From positions 529,073-593,072 of the forward strand of contig JBMNHC010000001.1 in the NCBI GenBank assembly GCA_050950165.1: a stretch of DNA of 64,000 bases. The letters are read 5' to 3'. Position numbers and translations under genes: made by a program. The stretch comes from Candidatus Dojkabacteria bacterium (GTDB lineage Bacteria > Patescibacteriota > Dojkabacteria > SC72). The notes under the pieces were generated by a model that saw only the letters and a list, made by a program, of their open reading frames with translations, did not search any database and was not told the origin of the DNA. Every line of letters starts with the position of its first letter. Position 1 is the first letter of the stretch. Of this stretch, positions 48,986-58,596 are shown piece after piece.

Positions 48986-49528
48986 ATGAAAGTAAAAACT
49001 TTATACCATGCATCTTCAAATAAAAATATTGAGATACTTGAACCAAAAGCAGATTCTATTAGAGACCCCAATGAAGGACCTGTTGTATTTGCCTCACATG
49101 ATAAAGTTTTTGTTACTTGTTTCTTAGTACCTACAAATGATAACTGGACAAAAATATCTCGTTATCGTTCTCATAAGCATCCTACTATACATGTAATGAG
49201 CATTTCAGATGAAAAGAGATTTAAAGAATTAGACAAAGGTGGTGCTATTTATCATATGTCTTCTAAGGGTTTTTATTTAGATAAAAGTAAAAGTGATATC
49301 GAATGGACTAGTAAGGTAAGTGTAAGACCTTTTAAAAAAGAACTGTATAACAGTGGATTGAATGCAATGATAGAGAATGGTGTTATCGTTTATTTTTGTG
49401 ATAGAAATACTCTCTTAAAAATAAAAGAAGAACCTTGGAATATTGAAAGAGTTATGAGGATATATAAAGGCTTGGTTTCTGAGAATGAGAAAAGAGGATT
49501 AGAGAATATAATACAGAAGTATTATTAA
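48986..49528 (+). CDS. hypothetical protein, possible ADP-ribosyltransferase-like fold
   Basis: N-terminal LYHAS..L.P followed by VFAS, resembling ART strand 1/2 motifs (inference). Confidence 0.55.
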   Translation: MKVKTLYHASSNKNIEILEPKADSIRDPNEGPVVFASHDKVFVTCFLVPTNDNWTKISRYRSHKHPTIHVMSISDEKRFKELDKGGAIYHMSSKGFYLDKSKSDIEWTSKVSVRPFKKELYNSGLNAMIENGVIVYFCDRNTLLKIKEEPWNIERVMRIYKGLVSENEKRGLENIIQKYY

Positions 49529-49565
49529 AAGGTCGATGAACTAACATCACTATAAGTTAGCGGGA

Positions 49566-49639
49566 TGGGCGATACGGGACTCGAACCTGTGACCTTCACA
49601 ATGTCAATGTGATGCTCTAGCCAGCTGAGCTAATCGCCC
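49566..49639 (-). tRNA. tRNA-Val(GAC)
   Basis: The minus strand reads GGGCGATTAGCTCAGCTGGCTAGAGCA-TCACA-TTGACAT-TGTGA-AGGTCACAGGTTCGAGTCCCGTATCGCCCA. It forms a cloverleaf with anticodon GAC; CCA is not encoded. Confidence 0.97.
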
Positions 49640-49649
49640 ATACACCCAA

Positions 49650-50186
49650 TTATATTGTCTTTCTATTTACTTTACAATTCTTTTTAATATCCTTAGCCTT
49701 TACAAAAGGAATACTAGAAAGACTCTTTGGCATAGTATTCTCTCTCCACATCTCTTGTATAAAAAGAGGAAGATTAAAAAGTAATTCTATATGTATTGTA
49801 CTTCTCTGTTTATCTATAGGTGTTGGAATTACAGCTGTTGCAGATATATCTCCTTCAATGAAATATATCTTTTGTGAATATGAAAAAGGTATATCTTCTG
49901 GATATGTTTGAATAAAATCGTAAAGGGTTGCAAGCTTTTGTGGATCAGATATTGGGAGAAAAGAAACCCTAATCTTCTTTATATCTACATTCTGTGAGTA
50001 GTTTAGTCCCATAAGTAAGCTATCTATCTCCTTTAGATTAAGAGCTACCTTTTCTGATACAGCATCCCACTGATCTGCATTATGATATATCTGTTGTATA
50101 TTCTTTAGCAAAAAAAGAGTAGCACTATTCTTCTGTGCATCTTCTATATCTGTAGGATCATCTAAGATGTATTGATCTCTATCCAT
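49650..50186 (-). CDS. hypothetical protein
   Basis: 178-aa ORF starting 3 nt after the clpP stop, co-oriented with it. Confidence 0.65.
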   Translation of the reverse strand: MDRDQYILDDPTDIEDAQKNSATLFLLKNIQQIYHNADQWDAVSEKVALNLKEIDSLLMGLNYSQNVDIKKIRVSFLPISDPQKLATLYDFIQTYPEDIPFSYSQKIYFIEGDISATAVIPTPIDKQRSTIHIELLFNLPLFIQEMWRENTMPKSLSSIPFVKAKDIKKNCKVNRKTI

Positions 50187-50189
50187 GGT

Positions 50190-50771
50190 TTATCTCCTTG
50201 TGATTACTTTATCTACTAGGCCGTACTCTTTGGCCTCATAGGCAGTAAAATATTTATCTCTATCAGCATCCTTCTCTATCTGTTTTACACTCTGTCCTGT
50301 CTGCTTAGCTAACATCTTGTATAGCTGTTCTCTAATCTTTAATATCTCTTGAGCCTCTATTGCAATATCACTAGCTTGACCCTCTACTCCACCCAGAGGT
50401 TGATGAATATGAATCTTGCTGTTTGGTAGTGCAAACCTTTTACCTTTTGTACCGTGTGTTAGTAAGAATGAACCCATTGATGCAGCTAGTCCTACTGCTA
50501 TAGTGGAAACATCGCATTTTATATAGTTCATTGTATCCAGTATAGCCATACCTGCATTTATTAATCCCCCAGGAGAATTAATAAACATCTGAATATCTTC
50601 CTCACTATTCTCTTTTTCTAAAAAAAGTAATTGTGCAACTACAGTATTTGCCATATTAGTCTCTATTACTCCACTAACAAATATAATTCTATCTTTAAGT
50701 AATCTGGAGTAAATATCATATGCTCTCTCCCCTTCTCTATCCTTTTCAACAACCATTGGTATTAGTGACAT
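50190..50771 (-). CDS. clpP: ATP-dependent Clp protease proteolytic subunit
   Basis: [25 protein letters not shown] (Ser), IHQP (His) and DRD (Asp). Confidence 0.98.
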   Translation of the reverse strand: MSLIPMVVEKDREGERAYDIYSRLLKDRIIFVSGVIETNMANTVVAQLLFLEKENSEEDIQMFINSPGGLINAGMAILDTMNYIKCDVSTIAVGLAASMGSFLLTHGTKGKRFALPNSKIHIHQPLGGVEGQASDIAIEAQEILKIREQLYKMLAKQTGQSVKQIEKDADRDKYFTAYEAKEYGLVDKVITRR

Positions 50772-50789
50772 AGCTTTAAATTTTTAATC

Positions 50790-51833
50790 TTAATTATGAT
50801 TTCCTAAGAATTCTTTACCTAAGACTTTCTCGATAAAAAGTCTAAAACCTTTCTCTTTTCTCTCTACATTTCTAATATATTCTTTCCATTGAGGATTACT
50901 GAATATATTTCTATCTGCATTAGGCTGATTCTTTTTTATACTCTCTATCTTTTTCTCTAACTCCTCATCACTAACTTCTACACTATTTTCATTTGCAAAA
51001 AGAGTTAAGAAAACATCTGTCTCTAGTGCATCTTTTGCATCTTTGTACCAAAGCTCTCTCATCTTCTCAAGTGTAATATTATTTGCCTTTAGAAAATCCT
51101 CAATCTTAATACCCCTACTTTGCATATCTTGATTAAAAGAGTTCTCTCTCTCATATGCTTCATACTTAATGGCACTTTCGGGCATCTCTATTTTAGAAAT
51201 CTTAATACCTTCTCTTAGAGCCTCATCCTGTAATTGATTTAGTTGGTAGTAATCCTTCTGTGATTGTAAAGCCTTTTTAATCTTCTCTTTTAAATCTTCT
51301 AAACTCTTTACCCCTTCTACATTTATCTTCTTTGCTATCTCTTCTGCCCATTTATCATTAAATTTTTTCTCTTTTGTATTCTCTGACTTTTTAAGCTCCT
51401 CTATTGCATTCTCAATCTCTTTATCTTCTACCTTAAGCTTTTTCTTCTCTATCTTTATCTTACTGATATTACCTAGTTTAAACTTAGGCATTACTGTAAC
51501 AGTGATAGTGAAGGTAGTATCCAAGCCTTCTAGAATTTTAGGAATAGCTTTGTACTCAGGTGGCGCTATTGGTACAACCTTCTCTTTAGAGAGTGCAGTA
51601 TTGATATACAAGGGAGCAATCTTTTCGAATGTTTCAAACTTAATCATCTCTTTAGTTTGATTATCAATCATCTCTACTGGTACATTGCCTTTTCTAAACC
51701 CTTTAATATCTATATCTTTTGCATAGTCTTTAAGTAGACGATCAAAAGATTGTTTAAAGCTTTGAGCAGGGATCTTAATCTCAAACTCGAATGTATAGTC
51801 ATTTATATCTTTTTTTGTATAGAAATTTTCCAT
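50790..51833 (-). CDS. tig: trigger factor (short, apparently lacking the FKBP domain)
   Basis: GFRKG ribosome-binding signature, position upstream of clpP, and a length of only 347 aa. Confidence 0.85.
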   Translation of the reverse strand: MENFYTKKDINDYTFEFEIKIPAQSFKQSFDRLLKDYAKDIDIKGFRKGNVPVEMIDNQTKEMIKFETFEKIAPLYINTALSKEKVVPIAPPEYKAIPKILEGLDTTFTITVTVMPKFKLGNISKIKIEKKKLKVEDKEIENAIEELKKSENTKEKKFNDKWAEEIAKKINVEGVKSLEDLKEKIKKALQSQKDYYQLNQLQDEALREGIKISKIEMPESAIKYEAYERENSFNQDMQSRGIKIEDFLKANNITLEKMRELWYKDAKDALETDVFLTLFANENSVEVSDEELEKKIESIKKNQPNADRNIFSNPQWKEYIRNVERKEKGFRLFIEKVLGKEFLGNHN

Positions 51834-51870
51834 AGAAGATTCTCTTAGTTTATTTCTAAAGTAGTGAATT

Positions 51871-52569
51871 CTATGTGTTTTTGTACAATTTGTCCAGTTT
51901 TCCTACTACTACTAGTCTCTGTTTATCACTCCAAAGGGGTGTACATGTTACTAATGTAATTCTGTAATCTTCGAAGTTTTTAAGTAAAGAGATATTATTT
52001 TTCTCAACAACTGATACCTCTGTAACTATATATGTATAGCTGTTATCTATCTGTTCTACATTAATTTTATCTCCTACCTTTACCTTATCTAAGTTAAAAA
52101 AAGTATCTTTACTAGGAGGTAGTTTTGCATATCTATGCCCTATTACCACAAAATTGCCTCTTTGACCTGGGTGCTGTGATGTTGGAAAGTGCCAGAATCC
52201 TCTGTTCATTGTAGTTGCAGATATTCCTTCAAAGATATTACCCTCTACGCTAACAGAATTAATGAAGAGTTTAGTGTCTAACTGTTCTAATATTTTCTCA
52301 TCTAGTACGAGATTAGAATCTAAGCTCTCTTCCATACTCTGTGCGAAACTCTTTATCTCCTCTACTCCCTCTACTTTGTCTCTGGTTGGAGATATTTTAG
52401 TTAGTAATTGGAATGTAATTTCTTCAGATATTCTCTGTATATTGAATCTTTTTATAGGTCCAATTAATTGGTTGTAGTTTGGATATATTAGAAAGAGTAA
52501 AAGAGGTAGTAGAAAGGCTAAAAGAAGTAGTAAGGAGATGGTAAATTTTAGTATCCAGTTTTTTCTCAT
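51871..52569 (-). CDS. sortase family protein
   Basis: N-terminal TM, GNFVVIGHR (His), ITLVTCTP (Cys) and QRLVVVG (Arg). Confidence 0.92.
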   Translation of the reverse strand: MRKNWILKFTISLLLLLAFLLPLLLFLIYPNYNQLIGPIKRFNIQRISEEITFQLLTKISPTRDKVEGVEEIKSFAQSMEESLDSNLVLDEKILEQLDTKLFINSVSVEGNIFEGISATTMNRGFWHFPTSQHPGQRGNFVVIGHRYAKLPPSKDTFFNLDKVKVGDKINVEQIDNSYTYIVTEVSVVEKNNISLLKNFEDYRITLVTCTPLWSDKQRLVVVGKLDKLYKNT

Positions 52570-52656
52570 ATTTAGAATTATATATATTTTCCTTGCACTC
52601 TGTAAAATTTTATTCTATGCTATCTATAGAGTATATAAATTTTAATATAGGATGGT

Positions 52657-53580
52657 GTGGCTAAGAATAAAAATAGTAAAATTGCTGCCCCTAAAAAAAC
52701 TGCAAAGCAGGAGAGTATGAAGAGTAAGGTTGAGATTAAACAACCAGTTAGGAATAGACAGGAGAGAATGTCTAGATTGGTTGGTTCAATCTTTATCGGT
52801 TTAGGAGTACTACTTGTTGCTTTCGGTATATATTCATTTATCAGATTCAGAGAGGAGCCTGTTTTAAATATTGAATTAGAGGCACCTGTGTTAAGTGAGG
52901 TAACACAGATTACTAATGAGAAAGAGATTACGGTTAGAGGTTTAGCTTCTGGATATGATGATGTCTATATATATGTTAATGATGTAAAGATTGGAAGTAG
53001 TAAAGTAAATAGTGAGTCGGAGTTTCTTTATAGGTATAGCGTAGAGAGTGAGGGAGAGTTTGCTGTTAATGTAGCAGGTGTTAAAGGTTTTCCAAATAGA
53101 GTAATTGGTCCTAGAAGTGAGATTAAAGTAGCTAAGGTAGACTGGAGTGCACCTTCGCAAGATTCAATATCATTTAAGTATGGAGAGGAGACTAACAAGG
53201 ATACCTTTATCATTGCAGGGAATGCAGAGGCTCTAAGTTCAGTTATCGTTAAAAGAGGAACTCTTAGCTATGATACTATTGCAGATGCAGATGGTAAATT
53301 TAGAATAGAGGGTATAGATTTAGAAGAAGGTAAGAATGTATTTACACTAACAGTTAGGGATCAGGCTGGTAATGAAACTGTATTGGATGAAAAGGTAAGA
53401 GTAACCTACTCTCCTTTAGGTAGTGTAAATGGAGATGCAGTAGTAGATGAGAATATTCCTCAAGCATCTGGTGAGTTAGATGTACTTTTGGGAAATAGCT
53501 TGATGATGGTATTTGCAATAGTGGCACTACTAGCATTTGCTACTAGTTTTCTATCACTTTCATACCACAAAAGAAGGTAG
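52657..53580 (+). CDS. Ig-like-domain surface protein with candidate sortase signal (IPQAS-G + TM + HKRR)
   Basis: N-terminal TM, two beta-rich Ig-like units (ADADGKF, LEEGKNVF, DQAGN) and a C-terminal sorting-signal layout. Divergent from the sortase. Confidence 0.75.
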   Translation: MAKNKNSKIAAPKKTAKQESMKSKVEIKQPVRNRQERMSRLVGSIFIGLGVLLVAFGIYSFIRFREEPVLNIELEAPVLSEVTQITNEKEITVRGLASGYDDVYIYVNDVKIGSSKVNSESEFLYRYSVESEGEFAVNVAGVKGFPNRVIGPRSEIKVAKVDWSAPSQDSISFKYGEETNKDTFIIAGNAEALSSVIVKRGTLSYDTIADADGKFRIEGIDLEEGKNVFTLTVRDQAGNETVLDEKVRVTYSPLGSVNGDAVVDENIPQASGELDVLLGNSLMMVFAIVALLAFATSFLSLSYHKRR

Positions 53581-53598
53581 TTTGAATATGTAAAAGAG

Positions 53599-53628
53599 AA
53601 GGAGGGGTACATGTCCCTCCTTTTTTTT
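53599..53628 (+). terminator. intrinsic terminator
   Basis: AAGGAGGG-GTACATGT-CCCTCCTT followed by a T run. Confidence 0.85.
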
Positions 53629-53640
53629 GTATAATGGGTA

Positions 53641-54738
53641 ATGAAAAAATATATTTTAATATTTTCTTTCTTAATCTTATTCTCTTGTCTATCTCCTATC
53701 TTTGCTCAGGAGAATGAGCAATCTTTTAAGGCTGTAATTAAGGATATACACTCTGTTGAGTGTTCTGAAGTTTTAAGTGATAGCTATGATTGTTATGAAT
53801 ATACAGTAGAGATATTAGAGAGTAAGAAAGAGGTAAGGACAATACCTTTTATGTCAGAAGGAAGTAAACCTAAGTTTGATGTTGGAGATAAAGTATATGT
53901 GACATATATGACAGATAATTTTGATTATGAAGGTTGGAGTATTACTGGTTTTGCTAGAGAGTTTCCTATCTTAATTATGCTATTGATATTTTCAACAACT
54001 ACAATTCTAATAGGTAGGAGACAGGGATTAGGTTCTTTAATTAGTTTAGGATTAACAGTAGTCCTACTCTATCTCTGGGCTATTCCTCAAATATTAAAAG
54101 GTGGAGATGTAATACTTATAGGGGTTGCTACAGTATGTGTAGCGTTAGTATCGATAATGTATATATCTCATGGATTTAATATTAAAAGTACTATAGCGGT
54201 AATATCTACATTGATAGGCATAGCCATTGTAGCTCTTTTGGCTAAGCTTTTTATAGTAATGATGAATGTAGATGGCTCAGGTAGTGAAGAAGCTTTCTTA
54301 CTTCTTAGTCAGGCAGGAGATGGAATGGATTTAGCAAGTATATTTTTTGTTAGTATCTTAATTGGTGCAATGGGTGTTTTGGATGATGTTGTTATGAGTC
54401 AGGTCTCTTCTATATATGAATTACATATTGCAAATCCTACTCTAAACTCTAAACAGCTCTATTTACAAGCTATGAATATTGGAAAAGACCATCTCTCATC
54501 TATGGTTAATACCCTATTCATTGCGTATGCAGGGTCTAGTTTTGCACTGGTAATACTTCTTACTTACAGTAGTGGAGGGGTTGGGAATATATTAAAAACA
54601 GATATTATAGCTGAAGAGATAGTAAGGACTCTCTCTGCTAGTACAGCTATTCTCCTTATTGTCCCCATTACCTCTCTGTTTGCTTCTTACTTAATTCCTA
54701 ATGTAAAAAAGAAAAAGGTTTCTCTTTTTGGTAAGTAA
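53641..54738 (+). CDS. YibE/F family membrane protein
   Basis: IGAMGVLDDV, IGKDH..SMVNTL..AYAG and EEIVR motifs. Confidence 0.88.
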   Translation: MKKYILIFSFLILFSCLSPIFAQENEQSFKAVIKDIHSVECSEVLSDSYDCYEYTVEILESKKEVRTIPFMSEGSKPKFDVGDKVYVTYMTDNFDYEGWSITGFAREFPILIMLLIFSTTTILIGRRQGLGSLISLGLTVVLLYLWAIPQILKGGDVILIGVATVCVALVSIMYISHGFNIKSTIAVISTLIGIAIVALLAKLFIVMMNVDGSGSEEAFLLLSQAGDGMDLASIFFVSILIGAMGVLDDVVMSQVSSIYELHIANPTLNSKQLYLQAMNIGKDHLSSMVNTLFIAYAGSSFALVILLTYSSGGVGNILKTDIIAEEIVRTLSASTAILLIVPITSLFASYLIPNVKKKKVSLFGK

Positions 54739-54775
54739 GGTGGTATAATGTAGATATATAGAGAGGTTATAAACT

Positions 54776-55939
54776 ATGGCAAAGATATTAAATATTCAAT
54801 CTAAATCTAAGGGTAGTGTAAAAGAAGACCCTACTTTTATTCAAGATCTACGAGAGATACACAAGAGTAAGAGAAGGAGAGAAGAGAAGAAGCCAACAAT
54901 TGTGGTAGAGTTCTCTTGGAAGTTAGTATTACTTCTAATACTTGGTATTTTAGTAGTATTTCTTAGAACTGAAGTATTAACAGTATTAATATTCCTTTTT
55001 GGAGGATTTGTATTTATGTCTGCAGCAAAACCAGTAGTACATTTCTTCATGAGGAGAAAATTTTCTAAAGGTTTGGCTGTAGCAATTACATATATTTTGG
55101 GGATATTAATTCTTAGTGCAATTATTGCAGTAGTAGTTATTCCTTTTGTTGGTCAGATAGAGGGGTTAATAAAGGCAGTTCCTGGATGGATAAATAGTGT
55201 TACTTCAGATTTTGGAGGTATCACTATTTTAGGATACTCACTAGACTCTACTGCTGTTAGTAAGTTTTTTGAAGATTGGATTGAGAGAGTTACTCTCTTT
55301 GAGAATTTTGAGAATATAGCTAAAACAGTAGGATCTATATTCAGCTCTACTGCTTTACTTCTTGCTTCTGTAATCTTTTCAATATATCTAGTATTAGAGC
55401 ATGACAATATTTTAGAAATTGGGTTAATTAGAATAACGTCTGATGTGAGGAGAAATAGGATAAAGCAGTTGATGTTAGATGTTGAGCATAAGCTTGGTAG
55501 ATGGTTACTTGGTCAGGCATTTGTTAGTAGTATTGCTGGTATTACAATGGGAGTTTTACTTGTAATTTTTGATATACCGTTTGCTCTGCCTTTGGCAGTA
55601 TTTGTTGCATTAATGTCTGCTATACCTACGCTAGGAGCTACTATCTCTGCAATTCCTCCTCTTTTTGTAGCAGTAGTTATACATGGCCCTATTACAGCTG
55701 GGATCATCTTAGTCATATTTATGATATATCAACAGATAGAGAATAATGTTATCATTCCAAAAGTAATGGGTAATGTTGTAGGATTAAGACCTATCTTCAT
55801 TATGTTTGCTGCTGCATCCTTCTTTATTCTCTTTGGAGTATGGGGGGCTGTACTGGCAGTTCCTGCGATAGTAATACTGCGTATTTGCTATGAGTTCTAT
55901 ATAGACTTGCAAAAGCTAAAGGCTAGGGGTAGCATTTAG
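54776..55939 (+). CDS. AI-2E family transporter
   Basis: WLLGQ, IP.LG, YQQIENNVIIPKVMG and G..GAVLAVP motifs. Confidence 0.9.
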   Translation: MAKILNIQSKSKGSVKEDPTFIQDLREIHKSKRRREEKKPTIVVEFSWKLVLLLILGILVVFLRTEVLTVLIFLFGGFVFMSAAKPVVHFFMRRKFSKGLAVAITYILGILILSAIIAVVVIPFVGQIEGLIKAVPGWINSVTSDFGGITILGYSLDSTAVSKFFEDWIERVTLFENFENIAKTVGSIFSSTALLLASVIFSIYLVLEHDNILEIGLIRITSDVRRNRIKQLMLDVEHKLGRWLLGQAFVSSIAGITMGVLLVIFDIPFALPLAVFVALMSAIPTLGATISAIPPLFVAVVIHGPITAGIILVIFMIYQQIENNVIIPKVMGNVVGLRPIFIMFAAASFFILFGVWGAVLAVPAIVILRICYEFYIDLQKLKARGSI

Positions 55940-55963
55940 AAATATAATATTACTGCCTAAAAA

Positions 55964-58555
55964 ATGTCATCTACATTAGAAAAAGTTAATAGAGCTGTTT
56001 ACTACTGGGAGGACTTTGAATCAAAAAATCTTAAAGAGTCTACTGTTGGACGAAAGGGTTTAAGCCTTTTTACACTTAAGGATATGGATGTTCCAATACC
56101 TGAGTTCTTTGTTCTTTCTTCGAAGGTGTTTGATGCATTTGTTTCAGAATCGTTGGTTAGAGATGGAGAGAGACTTTTAGAGAACAAAAAGAATCCAGAA
56201 GAGAGTGAAATACTAAGTAGTTTTCTAAAAACTAATTTTGAAGAGAGAGTTGTTGATGAGTTGGTGTCTGCATATACAAGACTCTCTGGTTTTACAGATG
56301 CATGGGTGTCAGTAAGATCGTCTGTGGTGTTCCCATCAGCACCAGAGGTTTCATTTAGTGGAATATTTTCAACTGAATTAAATATTCGTGGTGTAAAGAA
56401 TTTAATCTCCTCTATTAAAAGAATATATGCATCTCTTTTTACAGATGATGTAGTAGCATATGCATCTAGAAAAGGTATTAATCTTTCGGAGGTAAGACTT
56501 GCCATAGTGGTACAAAAAATGGTTCAAGCGGAGGTATCAGGTGTTGCATTCAGTGTAGATCCGATTACACAAGATCCTAGTAAATTAAGTATAGAGGCGG
56601 TATTTGGATTAGGAGATAGTATCTCTTTGGGAGAGTTGACTCCAGATACATATGTCTTGAGTAAGAAAGAGCTAAATATTTTAGAGAAACGCATATCTCC
56701 ACAGGAGTGGATGAAGGTAAGAATGTTAAGTAATACTGATGGTAAATCAGGAGTAGAGAAGATTAAGATATCTAATAATTGGAGTCATAGACAGAAGGTA
56801 GAAGATAGATATTTAGAAGAGATTTCAAAGATTACCATGATTATAGAGAACAAGCTAAGACAAGCTCAAAGTATTGAGTGGGTATTGGCAGGTGGGAAGA
56901 TATGGGTTTTGCAGAGTAAGAATCTCTATGAAGTAGAACATGAGGAATCTTTAATAGTGGATAGTAAAGAGTTCGATACATTAGCAGAGGTTCTTAAGTG
57001 GAGTATAGATAGATATGTTGGTTTGGGAATGATAGAGGATAAAGTAGTTCAAAAGGCTCAAAAGATAGTACGGGATAATAAGCATGAATTGGGGTCTTTG
57101 ACTGAGAAGTTGATAGATTTGGCAAAGAAGAAGGTTGTACAACAGCCTAAAGTTGAGAGTGTGTCCCTAACTCAAAGTAAGAAAGACCTGCTATTACAAG
57201 GTGTAGGGGCAAGTTTTGGTCAGGTAGTTGGAAGTGTTGTAGTGGTAGGTAAGGATAAAGATATTGGTATTAATAAGACAGATATTCTTGTTATCAAGGA
57301 GTTTGCATCAGAGATGGAGTCTTTGGTTGTACAAAGTGGTGGTGTAATTCTTGAGCATGGGGGTGTAACTAGTGATATCGCCATTTTATGCAGAGAGTTT
57401 GATATTCCAGCAATTGTAGGTGCACAAGGAGCTTCTACTACACTTAAGAATGGAGATATTGTTAGATTGGATGGTAATAGTGGGTCTGTATACAAAGAGG
57501 AGAGTAAGGAGGTAAAAGAGGTTGTAGAGAGTGGTAGTGATAAGAATGTTCATCCTGTTGTACAGGCATATAATGAAGAGAGTATAACTGGTATAGATTT
57601 ACTAAAGAGTACAGAGAAAAAGACAGAAAGTGAAAGTAGTTCTGAATATGCAACTAAGGTTCCTAAAGATCTAACCCTTCCTCCTTCAGCAACTAAAGTC
57701 TTTATTCATCCTACAGTCAAGAGTAAGGAGTTGATAGATTTCGTAGGTAGTTCTCACGGTATTGTATATTTAGATTTTGATCAAATTCTCATTGACTACG
57801 GTAGGCATATGCTAGCGTTTGTTGAAGAGAAAAAGTTTGTTGAATATTCTGCAGATATTGTATCTAAGTTATGCGAATATATTGATTTAGTAGAAGGTAA
57901 TCAGGTAATACTCTCACTAGGTGCAAGAAGTGCAGGAGAGTTTAAGTCTCTTACCAAAGGTAAAGAGTTTGAGAATAAAGAGATAGAGGATTCTACATAT
58001 GGCTTAGCTCACTACTTAGGCAACAGAGAGCTTCTAAAAAGATCCCTTATGATATTGCGTAGATTGAGAAATGTTTACAAAAAAAGGAATGTAGATATCG
58101 CCATTAACTCACCTATGAACGGTTCAATGATGAATGAATTTAAAAAGAGTCTTTCTGCAGCAGGTTTGCGAAGAACATCTACATTTAGAATATATGCGGT
58201 AATAGATACTCCTACAGAGGTAATCTTAGTAGATGAGATATTCGATTCTAAAATAGATGGTGTAATTTTGAATATGCCAAGGATAGCTAGAGTAATGCAA
58301 GGATTTAGCGTAGATGATCTAAAAGCTAGATACAATTTAGGAGTAAATAGTGTGTTTAAGATAGTAGATGCTGTAGTAGACAGAACAAGGGGTAGTAGTA
58401 AACATGTGATTATAATGGCAGAGGATAATAAGGATTTGATTAAATATTCTGTTTCAATGGGTGTATACGGTGTGTCAGTTAATTACCAAAATATTAAAGA
58501 GAGTAGAAAGGTAGTGGCTGATGAAGAGGCTAGGTTAATTCTTAGTAAGAGATAA
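55964..58555 (+). CDS. phosphoenolpyruvate synthase (PpsA)-like protein with degenerate catalytic motifs
   Basis: PPDK_N motifs VRSS, VQKMV and GLG..TPD. The swivel domain reads GGVTSDIAI instead of GGxTSHAAI, and the C-terminal barrel is divergent. Confidence 0.8.
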   Translation: MSSTLEKVNRAVYYWEDFESKNLKESTVGRKGLSLFTLKDMDVPIPEFFVLSSKVFDAFVSESLVRDGERLLENKKNPEESEILSSFLKTNFEERVVDELVSAYTRLSGFTDAWVSVRSSVVFPSAPEVSFSGIFSTELNIRGVKNLISSIKRIYASLFTDDVVAYASRKGINLSEVRLAIVVQKMVQAEVSGVAFSVDPITQDPSKLSIEAVFGLGDSISLGELTPDTYVLSKKELNILEKRISPQEWMKVRMLSNTDGKSGVEKIKISNNWSHRQKVEDRYLEEISKITMIIENKLRQAQSIEWVLAGGKIWVLQSKNLYEVEHEESLIVDSKEFDTLAEVLKWSIDRYVGLGMIEDKVVQKAQKIVRDNKHELGSLTEKLIDLAKKKVVQQPKVESVSLTQSKKDLLLQGVGASFGQVVGSVVVVGKDKDIGINKTDILVIKEFASEMESLVVQSGGVILEHGGVTSDIAILCREFDIPAIVGAQGASTTLKNGDIVRLDGNSGSVYKEESKEVKEVVESGSDKNVHPVVQAYNEESITGIDLLKSTEKKTESESSSEYATKVPKDLTLPPSATKVFIHPTVKSKELIDFVGSSHGIVYLDFDQILIDYGRHMLAFVEEKKFVEYSADIVSKLCEYIDLVEGNQVILSLGARSAGEFKSLTKGKEFENKEIEDSTYGLAHYLGNRELLKRSLMILRRLRNVYKKRNVDIAINSPMNGSMMNEFKKSLSAAGLRRTSTFRIYAVIDTPTEVILVDEIFDSKIDGVILNMPRIARVMQGFSVDDLKARYNLGVNSVFKIVDAVVDRTRGSSKHVIIMAEDNKDLIKYSVSMGVYGVSVNYQNIKESRKVVADEEARLILSKR

Positions 58556-58596
58556 CATATAGTTTTCACTATAGAATCTCCTGTATAATAGCTAGT

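Noticed and set aside
49538-49562. Integron attC site (CTAAC...GTTAG)
   Set aside because: Only 10 nt separate the arms, far shorter than an attC site, and no integrase is present.
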